Shown piece after piece: positions 31,692 through 43,555 of a stretch of 64,000 nucleotides of DNA; within the stretch, counting starts at the first letter, position 1; each line of letters begins with the position of its first letter. The stretch comes from an uncultured delta proteobacterium (lineage in GTDB: Bacteria; Desulfobacterota; Desulfobacteria; Desulfobacterales; JAFDCJ01): positions 96,001 through 160,000 of the forward strand of contig CAVYNY010000035.1 in assembly GCA_963769935.1 (NCBI GenBank). Direction: 5' to 3'. The notes under the pieces are model-generated. The model was not told the DNA's origin. It ran no database searches and was given only the letters and a program-made list of their open reading frames with translations. A program made the translations under genes and the position numbers.

Positions 31692-32861
31692 ATGACGGCA
31701 GCTAAAATATTTTTCTATTTTTCGGGTATCGCGGTCCTTGTGCTGGTGGTTGTTCTGTTTTTTTTTGTCTTCAACCCACTGGGGCTGGGCCCGGAACCGG
31801 CGACCGTATTGTCGCCGGAATTCTTCGCAAATCCAGCACAGGATTTGAGCGAGTTGGAACTCCTGGTAGACGGCAGGGAGGCTTTCAACGAGATCTTGGC
31901 GGCGATCGATTCTGCTGAATCATCCATTTACATCCAGACTTACATTTGGAAGGATGACAGTACCGGGCAGGAAGTGGTAGCGAAGCTCAAAGACGCTGCA
32001 AACCGCGGTGTTCGAGTTACCGTCAGCAAAGATATGCTGGGAACATTTTTCGAACTCGGTGATATGATTAAGGGGAAACCGAGCCCGGTATTCACCCAGG
32101 CGGGTTTGAAGGGCTATAAAAATATCCAGGTGGATACAGATCTATTCGCAGACACGGATCACAGTAAGTTCTACATCTTTGATGCGCGCAGCGTGATTTT
32201 CGGCGGGATGAACATTGCCGATGAATATCACCTGCAGTGGCACGACTACATGGTCTTGCTGCGAGGCAAAGTATGGACGGAGGCCTTCACAAATAAGGTT
32301 TTGAAAAATTTTCCATGGCCGTTCTCTTCTCCATTGGTGCTGACAGTCAACAACAGCATGGAAACAGAGATTCGCACTGCAACCATAGAGATAATAGAAA
32401 ATGCCACCGAGAGTGTTGTCATAGAACATGCGTATTTCTCCGATGACAAGGTTATAGAAGCGGTCAGGAAGGCTGCTGGCAGAGGCGTCCGGGTGGAAAT
32501 TATATTACCGAAAGTCCCCGACACCCACCTCTATGCCAACATGGCAACGATTAACCGGCTGCTGGACTCGGAATCGGGCAAGGTTCCGAAGGTTCTCCTC
32601 TATCCGCACATGTCCCACGCCAAGGTGATTATGACAGACGGCCGGATCGTTGCCATTGGGTCGGCCAACCTCACGCCGCGCAGCATGCTCACCAGCAAAG
32701 AGATTACCCTGTTCGTTCACGGGGTTTCCACAGCTCCTTTTATGAGGCAACTGCGAGAGCAACTCGAAGCGGATATTGCGGTAAGCGAGGAAGTTGTAAA
32801 GCCTTTCAAGCTCGGTCTGCCGGCGAAAGTCAAGGCCGTCGTGGGGAAATACGTCTGGTGA
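31692..32861 (+). CDS. Phospholipase D family / cardiolipin synthase-like protein
   Basis: Two HKD motifs (HSKFYIFD..GGMN, HAKVIMTD..GSANL) and an N-terminal TM. Confidence 0.85.
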   Translation: MTAAKIFFYFSGIAVLVLVVVLFFFVFNPLGLGPEPATVLSPEFFANPAQDLSELELLVDGREAFNEILAAIDSAESSIYIQTYIWKDDSTGQEVVAKLKDAANRGVRVTVSKDMLGTFFELGDMIKGKPSPVFTQAGLKGYKNIQVDTDLFADTDHSKFYIFDARSVIFGGMNIADEYHLQWHDYMVLLRGKVWTEAFTNKVLKNFPWPFSSPLVLTVNNSMETEIRTATIEIIENATESVVIEHAYFSDDKVIEAVRKAAGRGVRVEIILPKVPDTHLYANMATINRLLDSESGKVPKVLLYPHMSHAKVIMTDGRIVAIGSANLTPRSMLTSKEITLFVHGVSTAPFMRQLREQLEADIAVSEEVVKPFKLGLPAKVKAVVGKYVW

Positions 32862-33070
32862 AGGGGTCTAGGCGGTTGCGACCCAAACCATTGGCAAACA
32901 GGGAAAAAATGGGATAGGCTGTCAAAAATTGTTGAATTCCGACCGGTTTGCTAGTATAAGGCGCCGACTACGGCAGTAGCCGTAAAAATGAATATATATA
33001 CCAAGAGTCACTGCCGATCGCAAAGCGGCAGGAATCGGAATACAAATATTAAAATATGGAGGGAGGCCCC

Positions 33071-34355
33071 GTGAAACGATTTTCATGGCTTGTGTTCTTT
33101 ATCTTTATAATGGGGGGTGCCTGGTGCCAGGCTGATGCCTACGACTACCCGTTGAAGGATCCCTACCTGGCGACGGTTATCGGTACTCCGACGGAGTTCC
33201 AGCCGAAGCTGCCGGAAAAAATCGACTATAAGATGCTGAGCTTCAAGGTTTTTCCCGAACGCGTCGATCCCCAGTGTCTTCTGGTATCAAAGGGAGTTTC
33301 GGTATTCGCTGACCTACCAGAAGGGCGAAGCACCGCTGATTTTCGTGATTGCCGGAACCGGCAGCAGTTTTTACTCCTCCAACATGATCTTTTTTCAAAA
33401 GATCTTCTATCAGGCCGGATTCCACGTGATCTGCCTCTCCTCGCCCACCTTCATGAACTTTATCACCACCGCCTCCGCGACGTGTTTGCCCGGCAACATC
33501 ATCGCTGACGCGGTAGATTTGTACCGGGTGATGACCATGGCCTGGCAGCAGGTCAAGGATCGGATCAAGGTTTCGGATTTCTACCTGACCGGCTACAGTC
33601 TGGGGGCTTCCGAAGCGGCATTCGTTTCCTACCTGGACGAACAAAAGCGCGTTTTCAATTTCAAAAAAGTCCTGATGATCAACCCGGCGGTGAGCCTTTA
33701 CAGCTCGGCCAAAATCCTGGACCAAATGCTGCTGGCCGCGCTGCCCGGCGGTCTGAAAGACTTCAACGATTGGCTCAACCGCGTTCTCGGCCGGTTCGGC
33801 GAGTTCTACAAAGAGATGGGGTACATCGACCTCAGCCACGACTGGCTTTACGATGTTTACAAGACCAACTTCAAGACCCAAGCTCCCAAGCGGGAAAATC
33901 TGGCCACCATGATCGGCTTCGCGTTCCGGATCTCATCCGACAACATGATTTTCACCTCCGATGTGATGACCAACGCCGGCCTGATCGTCCCTAAAAACCT
34001 CGTGCTGGGAAGTGCGGATTCACTTTACGAATACTTCAGGGCCACCAGCACAACGACTTTCGTCGACTATTTCGACGACCTTCTCTTTCCCTATTATAAA
34101 GCCAAGCACCCGGAACTTTCCCAGGAGAGGGCGATCGATATCGACAGCTTGCACTTTATCGAAACCTATCTGCGGAACAGTCCCAAGATCGGCCTGATGG
34201 ACAATCAAGACGACCTGATCCTGACGTCCGAGGACCTGGCCTTCTTGAAAGACGTCTTCGGTTCCCGCGCGAAGATTTACCCGTACGGCGGCCACTGCGG
34301 CAACATGAGTTACACGGAAAATGTCGCGTATATGCTCAATTTCTTCAAGAATTGA
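33071..34355 (+). CDS. Exported alpha/beta-hydrolase-like protein, +1 frameshift near 33267
   Basis: Signal peptide, IAGTGS, GYSLGA nucleophile motif, DDLIL, GGHCGN. Confidence 0.7.
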
Positions 34356-34368
34356 AAGGATAATATCT

Positions 34369-35144
34369 ATGAAGCGCGCAATCAACCTGACGCTGCTCAT
34401 TTTACTGGTCTTTATGGCCGGCTGTGCAACTGCGCCCGTGCAAAAGGAACCCATCATACCCGCCAAGATCACCGTCCCGGAAAACGAAGTACCCGAAAAA
34501 CAGCAGGCATTCTACGCCTACGACCCCTGGGAGCCGATGAACCGCCGGATTTACAACTTCAACGCCGTCTTCGACGAATACGTCTTTCTGCCGGTCGTGA
34601 GGGCATATGAATTCATCCTGCCGAAATTCGCGCAGACCGGGGTCAGCAATTTTTTCAACAACCTCTGGGAGATCAGCAACCTGACGAACTCGCTCCTGCA
34701 GTTCAAGGGCCTTAAAGTCATGCAACACCTGTCGGCCGGATCTTGATCAACACGACCGTCGGTATCGGGGGGCTCATCGACGTGGCCACCGATGTTGAAG
34801 GAATCAAACGTGAGAACGAGGATTTCGGCCAGACGCTGGGGTTTTACGGTTTAGGCCCCGGTCCCTATCTGGTGCTGCCCATATTGGGGCCGTCCGACGT
34901 GCGGGACACCAGCGGCCTGGTGGTGGACACAGTTGTTTACACCGTTATGCTGGACGCACTCATCAACCAACTTGACATGGACGACACCGATGAGAACATC
35001 CTGAAATACAGCCTCTCGGGTCTTTACGCGATCGACAAACGGCACAAAGAATCGTTCCGCTATTTCATGACCGGCTCTCCCTTTGAATACACGATGGTGC
35101 GTAAAGTGTACCTGGTACAACGAAAATTTTTAATCGAAAATTAA
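34369..35144 (+). CDS. VacJ/MlaA family lipoprotein, frameshift near 34729
   Basis: Lipobox MAGC, DPWEPMNR, NFFNNL, INTTVGIGG, EDFGQTLG, GPYLVLPILGPS. Confidence 0.88.
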
Positions 35145-35780
35145 AGATTAAATGTTTGGCATAGTGCCGCCGCCGGTGAGTGTGTTTTCTATAAGATGCC
35201 GGCATCGGCCTGAGCCGATCGGCTGAAATTGATGCCGGCTAAATTCTGGTGAGATGACCGTTTTGAATTTGGATCATTGGCTATTGGAATTTGTTTGGAA
35301 TTTCGTGCTTCGAGATTCGGATATTATATGGATGAAGGTCTTCAATGAACCCTGGTTTCCCCCTGTGCCCAGCAAAAAATATGGGACACGCTGAGGTTCA
35401 AAGGGGGGGCATTAAATTTGTTTTGACCCCAGTTCGCATTTCGTTAGCGACATAAACTTCGTATTATTTCACCTGCCTGTCTCCGAAATTTTCCGTTAAA
35501 TTGGTATTTTTAATTGCGCGCCATGTCAAGGGCAATCAGCAATTGGACACTTTTAGGCCTATGAGGAATTTGATGAAAGAAATTTCTGTTAGATGGTTTG
35601 GTTATCTGTTTGCTTTGCATTTATCTTGCGTTGATTTAAGTTAAGTTTAGGAGTATTCAATAAAGCCGGAGACTTAAATGCGTCTTCATCAAATCAGAAG
35701 GTATGCTGAAACAATTGAAAAAAGGCTACCCTTATCGATGAGCTGACGGCCTCAATAAACCCAAGAAAAAAGGAGGCGAC

Positions 35781-36650
35781 ATGATCGACACCAGGCTCCG
35801 GCACACGGGATGGCGGTTGACGCAATTCATTTGTTTAGGGCTGCTTTTCAGCGGGCTTTTCGCACCCGGCCGGGCATGGCCGCGGTCGTTGGAGGAAATC
35901 CGCAAGACCAATGAACTGAGAATATGCGTGGCCGGATCAAGCTATGAGCTTTACACCGCCATGGCGTTGGCCTTTGCCGAACACCTGGGGGTTTCTCCCA
36001 GGGTGAAGCGGCTGGACAGCTGGGACCAGCAGTTCCAAAACGACAAGGGCGTAACGGACAAGGAGGCGGCCTACACACCGGCCCTGATGGAATCGGGTGA
36101 TTGCGACCTCTACCCCAACGACCTGGTCAAAAACGACTGGCGCTTGAAAAAACTGGACTTTGCCATCCTGTACCGTACGCGCATGGTGGTGGTTGTCAAC
36201 AAGGATAACCAGCCCGCCTATAAAAGTGTTGCCGACCTGGCCGGCAAAAACGCCGCCATTCAAAAAGGGACCAGCTATTACTCTTGGCTGGAGGCGCAGA
36301 ATGCCGGACCGCTGGCATCCAGCCCCATTCAGATCCATTTCATGACCACCGACGAAAGCATGCAGGCAGTGAATGCCCAATCCGCGGATTTCACGATTAT
36401 CGGCGCCGACGGCGCCCTGAATTGGACCCGCAACCGGGTGAAGAATGTGGTGGTGGCGTTTCCCGTCGGCGACACCACCGAAGTCGGCTGGGCCTTTCGT
36501 AAAAAAGACAAGGACCTGCAGGCGGCTGTTGGCCGTTTCTTTGATTCGCAGGCCGCGGTGGGGTCCCGGTTCGACGAGATCTGGCAAGAGAAGGTCGGCA
36601 TCCCTTTGAGCGAATTCAACGTGTTCATCACTGGTATTTTACAGGAATAA
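35781..36650 (+). CDS. Periplasmic solute-binding protein, family 3 (PBPb)
   Basis: Signal peptide, SLEEIRKTNELR, DLAGK..AIQKGTSY, GWAFRK. Confidence 0.75.
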   Translation: MIDTRLRHTGWRLTQFICLGLLFSGLFAPGRAWPRSLEEIRKTNELRICVAGSSYELYTAMALAFAEHLGVSPRVKRLDSWDQQFQNDKGVTDKEAAYTPALMESGDCDLYPNDLVKNDWRLKKLDFAILYRTRMVVVVNKDNQPAYKSVADLAGKNAAIQKGTSYYSWLEAQNAGPLASSPIQIHFMTTDESMQAVNAQSADFTIIGADGALNWTRNRVKNVVVAFPVGDTTEVGWAFRKKDKDLQAAVGRFFDSQAAVGSRFDEIWQEKVGIPLSEFNVFITGILQE

Positions 36651-36656
36651 CCCCTT

Positions 36657-39600
36657 ATGCGATCCATCCGAACCCGATTGGTCCTGCTGAGCGCCGGATT
36701 GATTCTAGTGGTCACCGCAATTTTGACCGGTGTCATCGCGATGAATGCTTCCAGGGTTCTGCGTTCGACTCTGGAAAAAGCGTTGTCGCAACAAATCAGG
36801 CAGGGCAGCGATCTTTTTCTGAACTTTCTGAAATGGCAGACCCTGAACCTGGAGGTGTGGGAGAGCCAGCCGTTTGTCAAGGTGTTTTTCAAGAGCCCGG
36901 CCCTGGCCGTCCTGTCACGTTCGGGACTAGGAAGGCTACCTGAGCCGGGCCTGCGAGAAGGCGCCCTGGATCGCCGACATCCTTCTGGTGGATCATGGCA
37001 CCGTGCTCTACGATCACGCCTTCCCCCGCGCGCCGTCTGCCCGGCAGTCCGGCCAGGGGGAGGTGTTTTGGACCCAATTGTTCAAGGGCCGGCCGTTTCT
37101 GATGAACCTGGGCCAGCTTCATCCGGACCAGGACCGTTGGGTGCTGGTGCTCAGCCGCCCGTTTTCTGACGAAGGCAAGGCCGAGCCGGGTCGGTTCATC
37201 GCCCTTTTCCTGGACCTGGCTCAGGTAAATAAGGCGCTTTTCATCGATTTGGCCATCGGCCACAAGGGGTTTCTGACTTTTGCCGGGCTTCTGCCCGATG
37301 ACCGGATGGTGCTGCCGGATACCACCGCCCGGACCGATGTCGAGCGCGAATTCTTCACCGCGGCCGCAGCGTGGAACAGGCCCCGGGACATCGCGGAGGA
37401 CCAGGGGATGATTCAGCTTAAAAGCACCACCCTGCCGGGCTTTCCGATCCTGCTGATCGGAGTGGCATCCCGCCGGGACTTTCAGCAGCCGGTGCGGGTG
37501 CTGGCCATAAATTCTCTGCTTATCGGCCTGGTCATCCTGGCCGTCGGGATTTTAGGGGCGGTGGTGTTCTCTAATAGGTTAACCGCACCGCTGGCGAGGC
37601 TCACGGCCATCATCAAAGGCATCACCGCCGGTGAGAAAGGGATGGATACGTCGCTGGAATCCAGCGATCTTTTGCAAAGAACCGACGAATTGGGGGTGCT
37701 GGCAGGTGCGTTTTGCACCATGCTGGCGGATATCCGTCGCCACACGGCTGAATTGGAAGAAAAGGTTGCCCTGCGGACGGCAGACCTCCAGCAGAGCAAC
37801 ACCCGGATGGCCGCGGAAATCCAGGAGCGCCTGAAGGCCGAGGCGGAAGTCAATCGCGCAAGGGAGCTGGCCGAGGAAGCCACCCGGGCCAAGAGTGATT
37901 TTCTGGCGAATATGAGCCATGAAATCCGCACTCCCATGAATGCCATCCTTGGGATGGCGCATCTGGCCCTGCAAACCGATCTTACCGCCAAGCAATACGA
38001 CTACGTAAAAAAAGTAGATATTTCCGCCAAATCCCTATTAGGTATCATAAACGACATTCTGGATTTCTCAAAGATCGAAGCCGGCAAAATGGACATGGAA
38101 TCCGTGGACTTCCAATTGGAGGATACCCTCGACAACATTTCCACGCTGGTGGGTATCAAAACCCAGGAAAAGGGACTGGAACTGCTCTTTAAGACGGAGC
38201 CATCCGTTCCCCCGACCCTGGTCGGCGATCCCCTGCGGCTGGGACAGATTCTCATCAATTTATCCAACAATGCCGTCAAATTTACGGATTCAGGCGAGAT
38301 TGTCGTTTCCACCGAATTGGTCAAAAAAGAAGAAGCTCAAGCAACCTTAAAATTCTCTGTCCGGGATACCGGTATCGGCATGACTGAAGCACAAGCTGCC
38401 AAACTGTTTCAACCATTTGCGCAAGCAGACTCCTCAACGACCCGCAAATATGGCGGCACCGGCTTGGGACTGACGATCAGCAAGCGGCTGGCAGAGATGA
38501 TGGGCGGGGAAATTTGGGTGGAAAGCCACCCCGGTCAGGGCAGTACCTTCAGTTTTACCGCCAACTTCGGTCTGGGAAAAGAAAAGGCCGAAAAGCGTTT
38601 TAAGCTCTCGCCGGATTTGCGGGGCATGAAGGTATTGGTGGTGGATGACAACGCCACCGCAAGGGGCATTTTGCGGGAAATGCTGGAATCTTTTTCATTT
38701 GAGGTCACCCTGGCGGCCTCCGGTCGGGAGGCGTTGACGCAGTTGGAAACAGCATCCGAGAGCCGACCCTTCGAATTGGTGCTTATGGATTGGCAGATGC
38801 CGGGCATGGACGGAATTGAGGCATCCCGGCGCATTAAAAAGCATAAGGGGTTAAGCAAAATTCCGGCTATCGTTATGGTGACCGGCTACGGTCGCGAAGA
38901 GATCATGCAGCAAGTGGAAGCGGTGGGACTCGAGGGCTTTCTGCTTAAACCGGTCAGCACTTCGATGCTTTTTGATGCCACCATGCAAGCCTTTGGAGCA
39001 GCCGTGCCCGATATCGCACGGGTCGCCCAAAGAGAAGAACAGGCGAACGAAGCTTTTCAAAATATTCAGGGAGCGCGGTTGCTATTGGTAGAAGACAATG
39101 AAATCAACCAGCAGGTGGCGAAAGAGATCCTGGAAGGGGCCGGGCTGGTTGTGACCATAGCCAATAACGGTCTGGAAGCTGTCAATGCTGTCAAGGCAGG
39201 CAATTATGACGCTGTTCTGATGGATGTTCAGATGCCGGTAATGGATGGATACACAGCCACAAGGCAAATCCGGAAGTGGGAATCAGTCTCCGCTAAAGCG
39301 GATACTGATATGATGGAAACACGGAATATTAGCAGTGAAAATCCAGAATCTAAAAGAGGGCGCAATATCTCAAACCTCAGTCCTCAGTCCTCAGTCCTTC
39401 CGTCATCCAGCATCCAGTATCAAGTTCCTATCATAGCGATGACAGCGCATGCCATGGCCGGTGATGAGCAAAAAAGCATGGATGCCGGAATGAACGGCCA
39501 TGTCACCAAACCCATTGATCCGGATCAGCTGTTTGCCGCTCTGCAGAAATGGATAAAACCGAGTGAGATAAGAGTCCAAGTCCAACAACCGGGAATTTCT

Positions 39601-40257
39601 GCCAAAGGACCCGAGAAGGTTCAGGCGATGCCGGATGAAGAGCAGCTGCCGGAATCTTTGCCGGGTTTTGATCTGGCGGCCGGTCTTGCGCGCTTGATGG
39701 GCAACAAGCGTCTTTACCGCAAGCTGCTGCTTGATTTTGGTGCCAACTACGGCGGGGTTGCCGGCGATATCCGCGAGGCATTGGCGGCCAGGAATTTTAC
39801 TCAGGCCCACAGCCTGGTGCACAACTTGAAAGGTCTGGCCGGAAATCTGGCAGCCACAGACCTTCAGGCGGCGGCCGTAGCAATGGAAAAACTTGTTAAA
39901 GGGCAGGCTGCGGAGACCGCCTCTGATAAGGAACTGAACCAGAAATCAACAGAACTGGCAAGCACTCTCACGCAGGCTCTGGACGCGGTTCAAACCCTAA
40001 ATTCCAGGGCTGAAAAGAAGACGATCGCGAGCACCGGAGACGAGATGTCATCTCTACCTTCCGAACTGGCTCAGAAGGCGGCCGATCGTATCAACGCGGC
40101 GGCTGAGATGGGAGATGTGATGCTGATTAAATCAATTGCGGATGATTTGAAGTCCGAATCGAATGCCGTGGCACCTTTCTGTAACAGAATAGTGCAATTA
40201 GCGGAGGATTTTGACTTTGATGGCATTCAAAAAATTATGCTTAAATTTGGAAGCTAA
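36657..40257 (+). CDS. Hybrid sensor histidine kinase (TM, periplasmic, HAMP, HisKA, HATPase, REC, REC, HPt), +1 frameshift near 36930
   Basis: [36 protein letters not shown], two REC domains, HPt [11 protein letters not shown]. Confidence 0.9.
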
Positions 40258-40661
40258 ATCAAGCTTTTTGGTTCTTCTTCTATTGATTCCTACCGGCCAG
40301 TATTGACTATTTGTCACCGAATGTTGATTATAGGCTATCGTTTTATCTTATTCCCGTGATACCTCAGTAAGCAGAACACTTCCAAAAACTGACGATGTCC
40401 GTCTTTGAAGAAGAGGGACCGGCGGCCTTTGCAGCGCCGGTGCGCTTGCCTCCCGGCCAGGCGACACTGAGGGGGATGCTGCAGCACCTTCAGACCCGCA
40501 ATATTCAACTGCTCAGCGTGGAATGCACCGGTGCCGGGCCCAAGAAAAGATGACTCCGGGGGCAAACCCTTCATGCTTGAGGAGACTGCAGCCCTTATCA
40601 TGAAGGACGGGAAGAGCTGCATCATCATTTTAGCCAACCAGCGAAACGAAAGGAGCAGACC

Positions 40662-42368
40662 ATGGAAAAAAAATGTCGAATATCAAAAAGCGGCGTTATC
40701 ATGCAGCGGAAAACAGGTGAGACCATCAGGAAGGTGATGATGAAGTCGAAGATGACAATTGCCTTGATCGCGGTCATGGGGTTTCTTTTCACGCTGTCCG
40801 CGCAGGCGGCTGACAAGCCGAACATCATCCTGATCTTGTCCGATGACTTCGGTTACGGCGACTCGGCTCCTTACGGCGGCGGCCCGGGGCGCGGTATGCC
40901 CACGCCCAGCCTCGAACGGCTGGCGAATGAAGGCATGACCTTCTTCTCGTTTTATGCCCAGCCGAGCTGCACGCCGGGCCGGGCAGCGGTGCAGACCGGC
41001 CGCATCCCCAACCGGAGCGGCATGACCACCGTAGCCTTCCAGGGCCAGGGCGGAGGGCTGCCCGCGGCGGAGTGGACGCTGGCCTCGGTCTTGAAGCAGG
41101 CAGGCTACCAGACCTTCTTCACGGGCAAATGGCACCTGGGCGAGGCGGACTATGCGCTGCCAAATGCCCAGGGCTACGATGAGATGAAATACGTCGGACT
41201 CTACCACCTCAACGCCTATACGTACGGCGATCCGACCTGGTTTCCCGACATGGATCCAAAGCTTCGGGAGATGTTCAACAAGGTGACCAAGGGAGCCCTG
41301 TCGGGCAAGGCGGGCGAGAAGGCGAAGGAAGATTTCAAGATCAACGGTCAGTACGTGAACACACCCGACAAGGGGGTGGTCGGGATTCCGTTCTTTGACG
41401 AATACGTCGAGAAGGCATCCATCGAGTATCTCGACCAGGCCGTCAAATCCGCCAAGCCGTTCTTCATGAGTATCAACTTCATGAAGGTGCACCAGCCGAA
41501 TATGCCTCACCCGGACTTCATCCACAAGTCCCTGTCCAAGAGCAAGTATGCGGACTCGCTGGTGGAAAATGATACGCGGATCGGCAGGATAGTGGACAAG
41601 GTCCGCGCACTCGGTTTGGATAAGAACACGTATGTTTTCTGGACCTCGGACAACGGCGCCTGGCAGGATGTCTACCCCGATGCCGGCTACACACCGTTTC
41701 GCGGCACCAAGGGAACCGTCCGGGAGGGCGGCAACCGTGTTCCGGCCATTGCCTGGGGACCGAATATCCAAGCCGGGTCGAGAAACTACGATATCCTCGG
41801 TGGCCTGGACTACATGGCCACCTTCGCGGCGCTTGCCGGCGTGAAGCTGCCGGAGAAGGACCGCGAGGGACAACCGATCATTTTCGACAGCTACGACATG
41901 TCGCCGGTCCTCTTCGGCACGGGTAGGTCGGCACGCACCACCTGGTTTTATTTCACCGAAGACGAACTGACCCCCGGCGCGGCCCGGGTCGGCAACTACA
42001 AGGCGGTGTTCAACCTGCGGGGCGACGACGGCCAGACAACCGGCGGCTTAGCGGTCGACTCTAACCTCGGCTGGAAGGGAGCGCAGAAGTATGTCGCAAC
42101 GGTTCCTCAGATCTTCGACCTCTGGCAGGATCCGCAGGAGCGCTACGACTTATTTATGACCAACTTCACGGAGCGAACGTGGATCATGGTGCCGATCAGC
42201 GAAGCCATCAAGGACCTGATGAAGACCTACGTCCAATATCCGCCGCGCAAGATGCAAAGCCTGACGTACACCGGCCCCATTACAATCTCGAACTATCAGA
42301 AGTTCCAGTGGGTCCGGGAACAGTTAGGCAAGGAGGGTATCAGCCTTCCGCTGCCGACCGGCAACTAG
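40662..42368 (+). CDS. Arylsulfatase (Cys type); the true start may be near 40737
   Basis: KPNIILILSDDFG, SCTPGRAAVQTG, GKWHLG, SDNG, EGGNRVP, DPQERY. Confidence 0.9.
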   Translation: MEKKCRISKSGVIMQRKTGETIRKVMMKSKMTIALIAVMGFLFTLSAQAADKPNIILILSDDFGYGDSAPYGGGPGRGMPTPSLERLANEGMTFFSFYAQPSCTPGRAAVQTGRIPNRSGMTTVAFQGQGGGLPAAEWTLASVLKQAGYQTFFTGKWHLGEADYALPNAQGYDEMKYVGLYHLNAYTYGDPTWFPDMDPKLREMFNKVTKGALSGKAGEKAKEDFKINGQYVNTPDKGVVGIPFFDEYVEKASIEYLDQAVKSAKPFFMSINFMKVHQPNMPHPDFIHKSLSKSKYADSLVENDTRIGRIVDKVRALGLDKNTYVFWTSDNGAWQDVYPDAGYTPFRGTKGTVREGGNRVPAIAWGPNIQAGSRNYDILGGLDYMATFAALAGVKLPEKDREGQPIIFDSYDMSPVLFGTGRSARTTWFYFTEDELTPGAARVGNYKAVFNLRGDDGQTTGGLAVDSNLGWKGAQKYVATVPQIFDLWQDPQERYDLFMTNFTERTWIMVPISEAIKDLMKTYVQYPPRKMQSLTYTGPITISNYQKFQWVREQLGKEGISLPLPTGN

Positions 42369-42456
42369 GGAACGATCCCGTCTTGGGGAGCGGGGCGGCC
42401 CATGAGGCCGCTCCCTAATATATTAATGGCAGCGAATTCTAAAAAAGGTAAACGCA

Positions 42457-43464
42457 ATGAAACGTAGGCTACTGAAATCAACGATAGCCGCCGTCGTATT
42501 GATGGCGCTGAACGCCGGCTTCGCCTATGCCGCCAACGTCCTGCCCTCGTGGTACGATGGGCCAGCCAAGAAAGCCATCGTCGAATTTGTTGGAAAGGTG
42601 ACCCGGCAAGGCTCGCCGGATTTCGTGCCGCCCACGGAGCGTATCGCCACCTTCGACAACGACGGCACCCTCTGGGCGGAGCAGCCCATGTACTTCCAGA
42701 TGTTGTTTGCGCTCGACCGTGTGAAGGCGCTTGCACCTCGGCATCCCGAATGGAAAGCGCAGGAGCCTTTTGCCTCGCTGCTCAAGGGCGACGTGAAAGG
42801 CGCACTTGCCGGCGGCGAACACGCGACACTTGAGATCGTGATGGCGACCCAGACCGGCATGACCACGACGGAGTTCGAGACCATCGTGAAGAATTGGATT
42901 GCCACCGCAACGCATCCCACCACTAAACGGCCCCTCACCGAGATGGTCTATCAGCCGATGCTCGAATTGGTGGCCTACCTGCGCGCCAACGCCTTCAAGA
43001 CCTTTATCGTCTCAGGCGGCGGCATCGAGTTCATGCGGCCATGGACAGAGAGCGTGTATGGCATCCCGCCCGAGCAGGTTGTTGGCAGCAGCATCAAAAC
43101 GAAGTATGAGATGCGCGGGGGCCAGCCGGTTCTGGTTCGCCTGCCGGAGATAAACTTCATCGACGACAAGGCCGGCAAACCCGTCGGCATCAACTCCCAC
43201 ATCGGCCGGCGGCCAATTGCCGCGTTCGGCAACTCGAACGGCGACCAACAGATGCTGGAGTGGACCCAGGACGGCGGCGGTGCGCGGTTAATGATGCTGG
43301 TGCATCACGACGACGCCGGTCGCGAATGGGAGTACGGAGCGGATTCGAAGATCGGTACTTTCAGCGACGCACTTATGGCCGAGGCGAAGAAGAACGGCTG
43401 GACCGTGATCAGTATGAAAAATGACTGGAGGCGCATCTTCGGGTTCGAGCCCCAGCGCCCGTGA
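42457..43464 (+). CDS. Exported HAD-family hydrolase (nonspecific acid phosphatase-like)
   Basis: Signal peptide, FDNDGTLW, IVSGGG, FGNSNGD. Confidence 0.85.
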   Translation: MKRRLLKSTIAAVVLMALNAGFAYAANVLPSWYDGPAKKAIVEFVGKVTRQGSPDFVPPTERIATFDNDGTLWAEQPMYFQMLFALDRVKALAPRHPEWKAQEPFASLLKGDVKGALAGGEHATLEIVMATQTGMTTTEFETIVKNWIATATHPTTKRPLTEMVYQPMLELVAYLRANAFKTFIVSGGGIEFMRPWTESVYGIPPEQVVGSSIKTKYEMRGGQPVLVRLPEINFIDDKAGKPVGINSHIGRRPIAAFGNSNGDQQMLEWTQDGGGARLMMLVHHDDAGREWEYGADSKIGTFSDALMAEAKKNGWTVISMKNDWRRIFGFEPQRP

Positions 43465-43555
43465 GGTGGGATCTCCAGGCTGAAGCGGCCTTTACCGGAG
43501 CCGGCTGTTTACAACCAAGAGCTCTGAATCATTTTTATATATCCAAGGAGGAATC

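Noticed and set aside
40374..40552. Possible degenerate small gene upstream of the arylsulfatase
   Set aside because: Open frame without a convincing start. Resemblance to a known family is too weak.
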